Source: Narcine bancroftii
Taxonomy: Eukaryota
Direction of reading: 5' to 3'
DNA: 64,000 bases
NCBI RefSeq assembly: GCF_036971445.1
Contig: NC_091477.1
Span: 14,508,001-14,572,000, forward strand
Part shown: piece by piece, positions 34,813 to 48,894 of the stretch
Layout: each line of letters begins with the position of its first letter
Numbering within the stretch: the stretch's first letter is position 1
The notes under the pieces: generated by a model
What the model saw: the letters and a program-made list of their open reading frames with translations, nothing else
Database searches by the model: none
Told to the model about the DNA's origin: nothing
Program-made: the position numbers and the translations under genes

Positions 34813-37800
34813 AGTAATGAAAACTGTTGCACTAATTAGCTGCTGCCCTCAGTTGTAGTATGGACAAATTAAAGCCTGTTAATTGCATATATAAAATAAA
34901 CTAAATTTAATGCATCAAATTATATATGCACATTTTATTTTTGAAAGCAGAAGTTCACATGCAAGTATTTTGTTGAGATTGTCTTTTTAGATGCTGCTGA
35001 AGGTTACAGGCTGATTATATTATTCAAAAGAAAATCTCTAGTCTCATGTTAGTCAGAGTCGGTCCTTGATTATTTGCAAGCAGCAGGAACACCACATTCA
35101 TACTCCCTTGATTTGTGCCTTTCCAAATGCATGCATTTGCTGTTTCATCATTCTTTGAAGTATGAGGTCAATAAAATCACAGCATGGAAAAGAAGTGGAA
35201 TGAAATCTTAATTATGATGCCAACATTGAGATTATGAAATAACTAAACCTGACATATTTATTTTTGAATAAAAAGTTTGGTCCATACATTTTATAGCACC
35301 CAAACTTTTAAACAAAGATAGAACATCTTGGCCAAAAGTGGGGCACCAATTGAACCTGATGTCAGGTCCAAGCCAAATTGGACCACTGCCCCTTTTGAAT
35401 CAAGGGAACACGCCAAAAGCCCTCAACTGTGGCTGGAGTGTGAGGCAAGAGTGAGTGGTGATCAGCCTGCCATCTTGTATGGATCCAAGAGAAACCTGTA
35501 ATCGTGCGTTGACTATAATGTTGTTCCCAACCGATATTTTGTTGTTGCGTTCATCTGAAATATGATGTCAATCGTGCTCGTATTGCCATGTTGTTTCTGA
35601 GCTTGCCTTTTTAAAATCTTTAAGACGGATCCAACATGATCCAAATTATAGATTGTTGTCATTTAACAGAGATCAACAAAATGTATTTTTTGAACAAAAG
35701 CATTCATTTTATTATTCAAAAGATTGATCTGTGTATGAAGTATGCAGAATCTGCTGTCCCAGATAATTATCACGGCCCACTGTTTGTCTGATTACATGGA
35801 AATCCACTGAAAATTACTTTCAATACTCTGAAGAAATACTCTGAAAAATAGTTGACATTTTTTTATGATCCACCCAAAATCTCTAAAATGGAGAGCTACT
35901 GTTAACTAATCAGTACACAAATGAACAAAACATTGTCAAAATGATTTCAGCCAGTAACTCTCTCTTGGGTATCTATTATTCTACAGCTGAAACGCAGCTT
36001 GTCACTCACTCCTGATTATCATTTTTATTCTTTAAATATCAACCATCTGAAATCCTATTTTTTCATTGCTTACTTTCCCTCTCTTTTGGGAATCGCCTCT
36101 GTTTTGGTTGATTCCTCTCCCAGATGGTTGAAATGAGAAATATGTTATCAAGGGAATAATAATCACCATCTTCCCCTCCAAAGCTGCACATCTGTACCTA
36201 AGTCTACTGCACCATTGGAACACCCCAGCATAAGGCTAATTTTGACTGCGAGAGTCTGGTAATTGCCTGAGAGCATTCTAGTTGGATGTCGTGTCGAGAG
36301 GTAAGAGTGAAGGCATCTTCAAATCCAAGAGCTTGCAGATGAAAACCTTTCAACCTTGACCAGGTTCATGATTCTGAACATTATCAGAATCCAATTAGAT
36401 TACAGCCTTCAACTGGCTCTGATATTATTAGTTGTTACAAATCAATAAACTAAAATAACAAAATTATAAATTGCCTCCACTCCCAGGCAATCATCCTTTA
36501 GGTGAATAAAATATATTGTCATTTAATGAAATATGCTCTGTAATTCAATGAGAGCAGGCCATTTGATTGGACATCTAGGTTGAATTTGAAAGCCATTTCG
36601 TGAGAGTAAACCTCATTCCATCCAAGGATTAAGGACCTAGATCAGGAGACGAAAGTCTAGGCTTTTAGTCTGAACTTTTATAAGGGTTGACTGAGGTGGA
36701 GCAAAAAGAATGATTCATACCATTTTTTTAATATTAAAAAAGCAAGAAGAATGTCTTGCACACACATGAGATAATGCAGTTGTTAGAATTTGTGGCAAAT
36801 TCAGCAGGTTGATCAGCATCCTTGGGAGAAATAGTGTTGTTGACATTTTGGTTCTCAACCCTTCTTTCAGGCTGGAAGTCCTTCTCTTTTGGACCATTGT
36901 GCAGACCTTTCTTGGAGCATCTTTGCCGAGGGACAAATGCTGGATCACCTAGCCTGCAGCACACCACTGCAATATAATGGTGCTTCACTGATCAGGGTTT
37001 CCGGCTCATCTGCCACCAGGGCACAGTCAGCCATAGGTTCCTGGGTTATAGCTGATTTGGAAAGAAAGTAGCAGGGTGGGAAATGCATCTGAGCAAATGA
37101 CAAGCTGTTTACAGTTCATGCCTATATTAGATCTACCGCAGAATTAGGAGCTAGCAGGCATACTTTGGCTGGGAAATGATTTCCCGTAGAACAGCAGTTC
37201 ATGTTTAACATTTTAATCTGTTAAATCAAACTGGGGTAAATATCAGGTTGCGATCACAAATCAAAGAGCAGAATAGTCATTTGTGTTTTTTTTTTGCTAC
37301 AGGATGAAGTATTGAGCTTCTCTTTACGACCACTACTTTTATTTCCTACGATTGAGTCCTTAAAATTTTTGAGCAACTATACAGACCCCAAATAAACAAA
37401 ATGTATCATTTAGTGTAAGGTCCTGCATAAACTGAGCTTCCTTCTGTTTTTAGAAAAATGTAAATTTCTGTCAAAATGTTAAATGCAGTCATCCATGTTT
37501 TAATATCAATAACCCTCATATTTACATTTCACCGGACCAGGTCTGAACATTTCTAAATGCTTCCTGCTTTCAAATTACATTCTTACTCATGCAGAGAAAT
37601 GGGAAATCCAAGCTGTACCAGGAGTGTTTCAAATACTGCTCTTTTCATAATGTATAAGCAAATGATAACTAAATTTCCAAGGGTATCAAAAGTAGATAGT
37701 GTCAAAAGCTTATCACTTTGGAATGAAATGCAAAACTATAATCAGGGTTTTTTTTCTCATGTGTTTGAATAAAATAATGCACTTTTAAGAATTTTATACT

Positions 37801-38864
37801 TAATCACAGTGCATTAGACCATTCAATGATTTGGCAATTGATTGTGGCATTCCTGAAATGTATTGCCATTCTAAACCAGGCATAGAATTCTTTATCATTT
37901 ACTTACATGAAATGTAATTTTGCATTGTACATTTCAGCAGCGTTAAAGCATGGCCCATTAAAATCAGAGCCTGCATTATAAACACAAAGATTTTTTTTAT
38001 TTTTTTTATCTGACACTGGCAGCTTGTATTGTGGCTCCTCCCAATGTCAATGTCATCAACTAAAAGAAATACACTGGAAAGGGTGCAAGGCTACTGATAA
38101 CAGAGAGGCTTGATGGAGCTGAGGAGATTGAAGATATTGATGATATATAAATGTGAGAACTGAGAAGTTTTTCTCAATTCAAAAATTTCAAATTAATGGA
38201 CAGACCTGTCACCTCCCCCACCCCCACCCCGAACAACTCCGAGCCTACTAATTTTTAAATAATGGAAATGAATGGTCAGGGATTCAGTTTTCAATGAATG
38301 AGCTGAAATTGAAAAGGTCACCCTAATAATGAGTCGCATTAAATGCAACTGGTTTGTGGAGGAGAGTTTTACGGATTATCCCGTAACTGTCGGAAATATT
38401 TCAGCAACAATTGATTGTGTCATCATTAAATTTTCATCCATGATCGAATTCCATTTGTTAAACATGGGAAAATTGTGATGTGTGGCAATTAGTTCAGAAT
38501 GACATGAATTTCAAACTCATTTATTTGCATTCCCCACAAACTTAAAGTTAAGAATCTCAAGGTAAGTACAAATTCCCTTTTGTCAGCACAGAAATATAGT
38601 AGAGGATTTGCCTTGTATTGGTACTGTAAAAACATAAATACATATCTATTATATGTATTAAAAAAACATAAATACAGCAAATTCCTATTTGCAGGAACAG
38701 TGGAGCTTTCAGCTTTTGGAGTTCTCTGGAGAATTAACACAGACATGCTAAAAACCTGAAGCAACATTTTGAATGCAGAAATTTTGATAGAAGGAGAATT
38801 CCATTTTAACTTCTACTGTATGGTTTAATTTTCCCCAATGTAATTTTTTTACATTTTGTTACTG

Positions 38865-38865
<1 letters not shown>

Positions 38866-38930
<65 letters not shown>
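38866..38930. repeat. (CA)n microsatellite
   Basis: About 32 perfect AC units. Confidence 0.97.
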
Positions 38931-38934
<4 letters not shown>

Positions 38935-39149
38935 CACTGCTACTGCCGAATGAACTCCTTATTGAGCCATACTGTTCTCAATGCCCTGAGGAAATTGCAC
39001 TCTTTTGGTAGGACAGGCGAGAGGTTGTGAGTTTATTGAATTGGAGAATCTGATTTTTAGCTGTTATGATCTTGTGCCAAGGTTTACTGCTTTTGGGTGG
39101 GGAACTACCAGCCAGATGTTCACTCCGATCATTGGTACAAAGAATCTGT

Positions 39150-42100
39150 GCAAAATTGGGGAAGCCAGCAGTATTCCTGATGACTTCAACTGTGAGAAGT
39201 GCATCCAGTTGCAGTTCATGACAAACCAAGTAAAGAAAATGGAGCTGGATGAACTCTGGATAATTCAGGAGGTAGAGAGGGTGATAGACAGGAATTATAG
39301 GGACACTATCACACCTTGGAGGCAGGAGGAGGGTAGATGGGTAGGGGTGAGCGAAAGGGAACTGGCAGGCAAGTGCAGGCCACCCTCCTGGCTGTCCCCC
39401 TCAATAACAAGTATGCCATTTTGGATTCTGTTGGGAGTTTACCTACCAGGGATAAGTCACGGAGATCAGGTCTCTGGCATGGAGTCTTATCCTGTGGCTA
39501 AGAAGGGAAGGAAGGAGGCTAGGCGAGCTATCGTGATAGGAGATGACATAGTTAGGGGACAGATGAGAGCTTCTGTGGGAGAGATCGTGTATCTTGCATG
39601 GTAAGTTGTCTCTCGTGCTAGGGTCTGATCGAGTCAGGAGGGAAGATGAGCAGCCAGATGTTGTGGTCCATGTAGGGGCCAATTATGTGGGTGAGAAGAG
39701 TGAGGAAGTCCTGAAAGGGTTCAGGGAGTTGGACACAAGGTTGAAGGACAGGATATCCAAGGTAGTAATATCAGTATTGATATCCATGCAACATGCTAGT
39801 AAGGTTAGAAAGATGAAGATAATGCAGCTTAACATGTGGCTAAAGACATGGTATAGGAGGTAGGGCTTCAGGTTTCTAGATCATTGGGCTCTCTTTCAGG
39901 GCAGGTGGGTCCTGTTCTGACAGGATAGTTTGCATCTGAACTGGAAGGAGACTAATATCCTTGCGGGAAGATTTGCATGTATTACTCTGGTGGGTTTAAA
40001 CTAGATTTGCCGGGGAAAGGAACCAGAGTGCCAGTGTGGACAGAGGAGTGGAGGAGGGAAAAGCTGGTGTTAAAATTGCATGCACCGTTGGAAGTCAATG
40101 TGTTAAATGTAGTGTCAATGTTCTCGGGTCCATCTAGTTCAAAAGGCTGGTGAACAGAGCATTGATTGGCATATATAATTATGACATTGTGGCCATTATT
40201 GAAACTTGGTTGCAGGAGGGGCAAGACTGGCAGCTCAATGTTCTGGTCTTCTGTTGGGACATGATAGAATGGGGGGGGGGGGGGGAGTGAAAGGGAGAGG
40301 AGTGACATTCCTCATCAGCAAAAATTGCTGTGCTCAGGCAGGACAGATGAGAGGGCTCATCTCCTGAGGCTATAGGGGTAGAGGTGATGAACAGGAAAGG
40401 TAAAGGCCCACTCATGGGATTGTATTATAGACTGCCCAGCAGTCAACGAGAATTGGAGTAACAAATCTGTAGAGAGATAGCAGACAATTGTAGGAAACAC
40501 TTGTGATGGTAGGAGATTTTAACTTTCCACATATTGACTGAGACTTCCATACTGTAAAAGGGCTGGATGGCTTTGAGTTTTCTAATTCAAAATAGAGGTA
40601 CAAACTAGAGAGAGAATTAAATACTGGATCTCCTGTTGGGGAATGAGACAGGATAGGTGACAGAAGTGTGTGTGGAGGGGAATGCTTTGGGTCCAGTGAT
40701 CATAATGCCATTAGTTTTGAGTTAATTATAGAGAAGGAAAGTTTTGGGCCTTGGGTTGAGATTCTAAATTGAAGAAAGGCCAATTTTGAGGAAACGAGAG
40801 AGGATCTGGAATGCTTGGATTGGGATAAATTGTTTTCAGGCAAGGATGTGTGAGGCAAGTGAAAGACTTTCAAAGGTGAAATTTTGAGAGTACAGAGCTT
40901 GCATGTTCCTATGAGGACCAAAGGCACGATTAGAAGGTGTAGGGAACCTTTTTGCGGGATATTGGGGATCTGGTTCAGAAGATGTTTAAACAGGTATAGG
41001 CAACATGGAGCAAATAAACTACTTGAGTATTAAAACATGGAAGAAAAGCCTCAAGGAATAAATCAGGATGGGTAAAAGAAGATATGAACTTTCAACAGGT
41101 ATTAAAAGCAAAAGGAGAGTAATGGACAAAATTGGACCTCTTGAAGATCAGAGTGTCAGCTTTATATGGAGCCAGAAGAGATGGGAGACGTTTTGACTTT
41201 TTTTCCCATCAGTATTCACTCAGGAAAAGGACAGTCATGGGAAGTAAGAAAAACAAGCAGTGAGATCATGGAACCTATACAGATTAAAGAGCAGGAAGTG
41301 TTTGCTGCCGCAAAGGAAATAAGGGTAGATAAATCACCAGAGACTGACAAGATATTCCCTCAGACCTGATGGAGGCTAGTGTAAAAATTCCAGGGGCTCT
41401 GGCTGAAATATTTAACATGTCCTTAGCTACAGGTGTGATTCCGGGGGATTAGGGGGTAGCTCAAGTTTTTCCGTTGTTCAAAAAAAGTCTCCAAAAGTAA
41501 CCCTGCAAATTATAGGCCAGTGAGCCTGACATTAGTACTAGGTAAATTATTGGAAGGTGTTCTCAGAGATTGCATGTACAATTAGATTAGATTAGGGATT
41601 ATCTATATGGGTAATAGGTCATGTTTAACCAATCTTGTAGAGTTTTTCGATCAGGAAAGTTGATGAAGGAAAGGCTGTGCATGTTGTCTGCATGGTCTTT
41701 AGTAAGGCCTTTGACAAGATTCCGCATGGGAGGTTAGTCAGGAAGGTTCAGACTCTAGGTATTCATGGTAAAGTAGTGAACTGGATTCGACAATGGCTGG
41801 ATGGAAGAAGCAAGAGAGTAGTGGTTGCCTCGCAGTCTGGATCCCTGTGACTAGTGGTGTGTCTCAGGGATCAAGGCTGGGACCAATGTTGTTTGTCATC
41901 TATATCAATTATCTGGATGATAACGTGGTAAATTGGATCAGTATGTTTGCAGATGACACTGAGATTGGAGGGGTTGTGGACAGCAAAGAAGGTTTTCAAA
42001 GCTTACAGAGGATCTGGATCAGCTGGAAAAATGTTAGATGGAATTTAATGCAGACAAGTTTGAGGTGTTGCATTTTTGAAGGACAAATTAAGAAAGGACA

Positions 42101-42830
42101 TGCACGGTAAATGGTAGGGCACTGAGGAGTGTGGTAGAACAGAGGGTTCTGGGAATGCAGATACATAGTTCCCTGAAAATGGTGTCTCAGGTGAAAGAGG
42201 TTGTAAAGAGAGCTTTTGGCATATTGGCCTTCAGAAATCAAAGTATTGAGTACAGGAGATAGGATGTTATGTTAAAGTTGTATAAGACATTGAGGTCAAA
42301 TTTGGAGTATTGTGTGCAGTTTTGGTCACCTACCTACATGAAAGATGTAAATAAGATAGAAAGAGTGCAGAGAAGATTTACAAGGATGTTGCCCCAATTT
42401 CAGGAGCGAGTTACAAGGAAAAGTTAAACAGGTTAGGACTTTATTCCATGGAGCATAGAAGAATGGGGGGAGATTTGATAGAGGTATTTAAAATTGTGGG
42501 ATATAGACAGTAAATATATATCAGTTTTTTCCACTGAGACCAGATGAGATACAAACCAGAGGACATGAGTTAAGAGTGAAAGGGGGAAAAGTTCAGGGGT
42601 AACTTCACACAGAGTGGTGGGTGTGTGGAGCAATCTTCCAGCTCAAATGGTGAATATGGGCTCCATTTTAATATTTGAGGAACAGGACAGGTACATGGAT
42701 GGGGTAGGTAAGGTGTACTACGTACTGGATGCAGACCAATGGGATGAGGCAAAAGAATGTGGTTCAGCACACACTAAAAGGCTGAAGAAGCCTGTGTTGA
42801 AATTTTGTATGATTCCCTTAATTCTAGTCT
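39150..42830 (+). mobile_element. Near full-length decayed CR1 LINE
   Basis: ORF1 relics CEKCIQLQ and SGNH-like AIVIGDDIVRG / VVVHVGAN; endonuclease relic VGDFNFPHID; RT motifs NYRPVSLT, VSQGSRLGPMLFVIYINYLD, MFADDTEIGG; CR1 3' UTR. Confidence 0.9.
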
Positions 42831-45157
42831 GAAATTTAAGACTAGACCCTCTAATGAAAGGAAACATCTTCCCAACTATCTACCTAATCCAACCATATGC
42901 AAATATTGCATGTTTCAGTAAGATCACCTTCAACCTATCTGATTTAGGATTCAAAAATTTTGGAGTTATTTCTTCTCAAAAATGTTTATGAATCTTCATT
43001 TGTTATCCCAGGGAACTATAAATAGATGGTCTTTGAATTTATTCAGCACATAGATTGATAGATTTGGATTCGATGGCAATTAACTGTTAAGAAGATTATT
43101 AGTTATGACAGAAAACGGTCCAAAGTGACATGGTCAATTTGAGCCTCTGGTCTTTCCATTGACCACCGAGTCAACACATATTTACAGTAAGCATTTAGCA
43201 TGGGATAACAATCTTAATCTACATCTGGACACTGGCAGAAAATGAATGGTTTCTATTTGTTTTACGGCAATAACTTTTAGGAATGGATCCCATCATTTTC
43301 AGTGTCTTCACCCAGACTTGGTTTATCCAAAACTGAACATACAAGTGAAATGGAACCTGATCATGATTGCGTCAAAACAAAACCACTTTTTCACTTTTAA
43401 ATTCAAATTCCCTTGACATGAGGACCAAATTCCACTGCACAAATTGAGATATTGTTTCGTACCTGCTGCCTTGGTATCTCATCATTCCCACATCGCTCTC
43501 GGTGTCTCATTGTTGAGAAATGTACAAACTTTTTTCAGTACTCCTCATTTCCCAATTTGAACCTTTTGTAACTTCATGCACCCAAGAAGGTTCACTGATC
43601 CAGTGAACTGAGTTCCCTCCTGGCCTCTGGTGCCTCTTGTGTCAACTTTGCATGTTATCCCGACATTGTTTGGGTTTTCTCCTAGATGTTCTGATTTCCT
43701 CCCATGTACAAAAAATGAGGGTTGGTAGGTTAGTTGATCACTGTAAGTTCTCCCAGTGTGCCATTGATTGGGGAGTTGATAGGGATGTGGTGAGGATAAA
43801 AAGCATGAAGATTAAAGTAGGATCAGTACAAATTGATGCTTGATGACTGGCCTAGACCTGGTGGGCAGAAGAGCCGGTTTCTAAGGTTGTATGGCTTTGT
43901 AACCATGAAATATCAACAATGTTATTAGCTCTTTAGCATAAGGAAGTACCCTGAGGCTCCTGATTATAATCATGGTGTTCAGTCGTGGAGCAGATGTGTT
44001 ACTCTCGCCAAAGGGCTTTGAAAAATAATTGAGAATTGTGAGTTCAAATCTCAAATTATGACTTTGAGAATTTGAGTTCAGTAATAAATAAATCTCCATA
44101 ATATATTTATCTGTACTCAGTGATGAGATGTGGTATTCGTATTTCTGTTGTGAATTAACCTGCCATTGCTTTACTCGAATGTAAAATTCATCTGCTTCCA
44201 CTTGCAGATGCCATATTACTTTGCTCATCCAGACACCTCATATCAGTGTTTATTTTATTCCATTGGTTAGGTTAGGAACATTTACAAAAGGAGTGGGTAA
44301 GTAATTGTTTGGGAACTTTTAACTGAATGCGATAGGAGAAGTCCAGAAACAAAGACTACAGATTTTGGAAATGTGAAATTAAAAACTCAGAAAATTGTGG
44401 GTGTACTCGCCCACTCTGTAGAGAATGTTAAGCCAAGTTAAAGCTTTAGGCTGATGATGCTTTCTCAAATCTGGAATTTAAAGAATTGAATAGAGGAGGG
44501 AGGGCTGGAGAGAACAAAAGGAACGACTGCCATAGGTTGGTGAGAAAATGAAACAGAACTGCGTAAGTGGTTGTGGTCTTGATTTTGAGAATGTTTTTTG
44601 TTCATCTCAGCCAATACATACAATAATTCTGGTGTAATGACAGTACCGTATGATTAGTTAGATTTAGCTTTTGTGAAATGCAGTGAACTGTTTTAATTCC
44701 AGGCAGATATAAGATTTTAAAAATACTGACTTAATGCTCAACTTAAATACTTTGCCCTCTCAGGGCTATTCCCTTTGTCCTCTCACTCTGTTTCTTTGCA
44801 ACTTAAAACGTATTTAATTTCTAGCCAATGAAAGGCCGTAATTGCTGCCTAACAAGCGGATAATTTTCTGTCATTGTTGGAAGTTCAGATGATCCTTGTA
44901 CACATCTACAAAATGCTTTGTTTCCTATTCACCTGCAACTTCATTTTGTACAGTCCAAATCTATTTCCAATTTCTCTGCAAAGTTTCACTGCTTTCAGTT
45001 TGTGTCTTGGCCTTCTAACATAAAGTTTGCTCTCAATTCATAAAGACAAGTTTGCTGTGGTATTAATGAAGTTGGTTATAACTAAACCCTCTCCTTGCCA
45101 AGAATAAACCTGGATTTAAAATAGTGAAGAGAACTAAGTTTTAAGTGTAACACTAAT

Positions 45158-45577
45158 ATCTCATTGGCGGAGACATCGCCGTGACTGATCAGTCGTGGCG
45201 ACTCAGGAGACCAAAAAATGGCTTGCGCTCTCACCAAGGCGACGCCAGGGCAATGTCCGTGACACCTCCAGACAAGGTGTCAACCAATTCACCCGGATGT
45301 CACGGTGACATCTCTGCAGTCTCCTTGGAGTCCAGCAGGTCTTGGAGATGTCTCCCCAGTCACAGACAAAATTAGTCTCCGCGACGTCGCCACAACTGAA
45401 GGAGACATCGGGGACCTGCTGGAGACTGGAAAAAGTCTCCAAAATTATCGAGCACGTTTTAATTTCCCGCGACTCCCCGAAGACCCATCTAGTCTCCAGG
45501 AGACGTCGTGGAGACACCTCCGCAACCAGCGGAGACTCGAGACGCCACCTTGTCTCCAGGCCAATGAGATTGGCCCT
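45158..45577. mobile_element. PIF/Harbinger-type MITE, CpG-rich
   Basis: Inverted termini ATCTCATTGGC / GCCAATGAGAT(TGGCCCT) followed by TAA; about 13 GGAGAC/GTCTCC motifs counted by eye. Confidence 0.75.
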
Positions 45578-48129
45578 TAAGTAACAAATATTCCATGTGG
45601 GTTTGGAGCTTCTGTGCCTTGACAGATCACTCTGCAAATATCCTAATATTAATAAAGGTCCAACAATATGAATGAGAATGTGAACCATAATCAAGCAAAT
45701 TTCCCTGAAGTAGTATGATTTTGGCATTAACTGTCATATCATTCCTGTTTAATTGTATTGATTTGAACAATGTGACATTTAATATAATTTACAAGGAGTG
45801 TTTTTGTGAAACCCAAGACATGTAAGTTTTCAGAATGCATGCAAATATTACCAAGAACCCATTAACTTGATGCCATGGTTAAAACATAATGTGCATTTTC
45901 TGTAGACAGAAGTAGTATGGCTCCCTGGTGGAGGTGCTTAGTGATGTGAACCAAGTACAGGTGAACAGAGGTAGCAATTAGCTGAGGCCACATGCTTTCA
46001 GTATAATTGTCAGCTCAACCAATGTGCAATATATTTGGAGCAGTACAGCTGCTTCTTCAGCTCACTCAGACCCCTATCCATCTCTTCCTCAAGGTATGGA
46101 ACAGTACAGAGCTGTGCACACACTATTCACTTGATATTAAAAAGAACCTTTTAAACATGGTTTGTCAATGAAATAGACAAAATATTGTATTGTGTATCCC
46201 TTGCATGTAAGCTAACTCCTTTTTAGAATGAAAAAAGACACAAGGAATGGTCGAGTGGGGCTTGGTGTCCAGTGAAGGATTTTTTCCAAATGTCCCAGCA
46301 AAATTGTTGGAGATATTGGAAATTTGAATAAAAGTGCAGAAAAATTCAAGAAACATTTGTGGTGACAGAAAGAAGGGTAACCTTCCAAGTCAAAGGATTA
46401 CAAAAGATTTTTTAAAAATTTAGATAAACTGCATGAAAACAGGCCATTTGTCCCGCAAGTCCATGCCGCCTAATTTACACCCAATTATCTGACACCCCTG
46501 ATACATTTCAAATGCTGGGATGAAACTGGAGCCCCTGGAGGATATCCATGCAGAAACAGGGAGAACATACTAATAGAACGTAATTCTGATTGATCCAATA
46601 TGTTAACTCTTCTCTCTCCAATACACTGTATAATCTGCTGAGAATTTCCTGTTTCTGTATATTTTACAGATGGACTTGATTGTTCAGTTTTTTAATTTAT
46701 ATTATATTGTAGATCTTGATGCTCATATTTGTTAACATTTTCTTTAAAACAATTATCTCTTTGCTGAACATCATCTTTGCAATCCCTCTTTTTCCTGTAA
46801 AAACACAAATGTAGGTGTGGAATCGTGTTTGGGATGTGGTTCATCCTTTCTAATCTATAGTATTGATTAATTTCACTTTGACCTTTTCAAAGGCTAATTG
46901 GCACCTGCTAAGCAATGCAAGGAGTATGTTGGCACTTGTTCAAAAAAATCAAGTTTGGAAAATAGGGGTTCACTTCATTAGAATGACGATTAAAGCCTAA
47001 TTGAACAGAAGTGCTTAACATTCAAAGGAGTCTTTTGGAATGAATGGAACCAACTATTTTCTGTGGCCACACAGAAAAAGAATGGTTTTCAACTAATTAG
47101 CCACAAAAATAATGGACAGATGGAAAATTGAGCTCAAACATCAGAATTTGTAGATAAGCAATGATTTGGTGCAATAATTCTTCTGTCCTTCCTTCAGGTT
47201 CAGCAGCTTAAATGATAATGCTCCAAAAGAAAGCAATGCAAATTGTACTTTTTCCAAAGATAATTAAATACTACCAATGAAAAGGCTGTTCTATTGGACA
47301 AAATGTGGATGGGTTTATAGCAAGGACTAAATCCCCCAAGAGTCATAAATATAAATTAATTTTCATGTTTACTTCATCAAATATCCCTGCAAGTAAGCTC
47401 TCTGTTGTGGAAGGGCTTGCCAGGAAATTCAATTACATAACGCTTCTGTTTAGTGTAATGCAGTTGAAAATTATGTTTCCTTGAATGAAATCAATATCTA
47501 CAACTGGGTTGCTTTGTGTAACACAAAAAATTCAATTGGACCTTCAAAGAATATGTTCCTTGAACACAGTTTAAAGCCACACAATATTGACATAATTCCA
47601 CACTCAGCACCTATTTTGTGGCATTACAGGTAAAGATGAACCAAGTTGTCTAGGATCACTTGTTATTCACTCCTCCTCAGACAATTCTTAACACCAGGGC
47701 ATATTACTGCCAGCTAGCTTAATGGTTTAGCTTCATCTTCCAGACTATAAATTCCCCTCTGCCGATTTTCCCCCTCTCTTCCCCCCCCCCCCCCCCCCCC
47801 TCAGCATCCCACTAAATCTTCCCAACATCCTTTGGCCCTCTAATTCCTTTATTTTGTTTTGCTACTGCTCTCCAATTCTTCATCCAAGCAATGATAATGC
47901 CAATCCTATTTCTTCTACCTACCCCCCTTCCCCCATGTCGCAGGTGTTGGTCCCCAATCCATTCTATTTCTTCTGAAATGTAACTCTCCAATATCTCTTT
48001 CACACTGTGGCCACTGGACATTGGCTGCAGACAGTTCCCAATTGCAAATCTCCATCTTTAAATGTCATTTTGGAAGGTTAACTCTAAACATTCTGAACAT
48101 GCACAAAAAGACAAAATGCAAAATATCCC

Positions 48130-48894
48130 CATCACTAAAGAGAGACAATCGTATCAACTGGAAGAAATGCTGTCACAGCAGGGCTGCCACTGGTGCAGAC
48201 CCACAGAGTGGGGGCACAGTGCTCCCATGGGGTCCAACTGCCCAGACCGACTGCTGCCAGCTCCGTACAGACTTTGAATGACCTGTAAAAGGAGCCAATG
48301 GTAGTTTTATCTGAAATCCTGCAACTGCTGGGTATAGGCTCATAATGGCAATGCCCATGATTGGCAGCAGCCACGATGTGAGCAGACTCCAGGGAAGCAG
48401 AGGACCAGGTCACCAGAAAATGGGGAGACCATCCCCCTTCTAAGAAGGAGAAGCAAGGGAGACAGTGACCACAGAAGAAGACCACTGAGTTTCTGTAACT
48501 GAGGGACTCGTTGGAGGTGGGGGGCTGTTGATGACTTGAGGTGAGGCACTCACACAGTCTGTGGGCTACTGGAGACTGATTTAAGACTGGCTGAAGGGAC
48601 CAAGAATAGGAACTGGGATGCGAAAGGGGGCCAAGGGCACTGAATGGTTCCTAATCGTTTCAGAGGTTCAGATCTGGAGCTCGCGTTGCTGATGGTTTAG
48701 AGTGGACTCTGTGTAGCTGTGGGAGAGCTCGAGGTGAATCCATGGACACGTTGACTCTCTCTTTTGCTGCTCTTTCTCTGTAAGAGGCACTTGAGACAAT
48801 TTCTGCCCATGGTGAATCTATCTGCCTTATAGCAGAAAAAAGGTGATTTTTGTATAACACTTTTTATTACATGACAATAAATTGAATCTTGAAT
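48130..48894 (+). mobile_element. Non-coding GC-richer repeat ending in a Rex1-type 3' tail
   Basis: Ends atgacaataaattgaatcttgaat like the Rex1 copies, but the body shows no RT homology; 5' boundary uncertain. Confidence 0.5.

Noticed and set aside
45181-45727. 174-aa and other ORFs on both strands
   Set aside because: Result of the GC-rich quasi-palindromic MITE, not a gene
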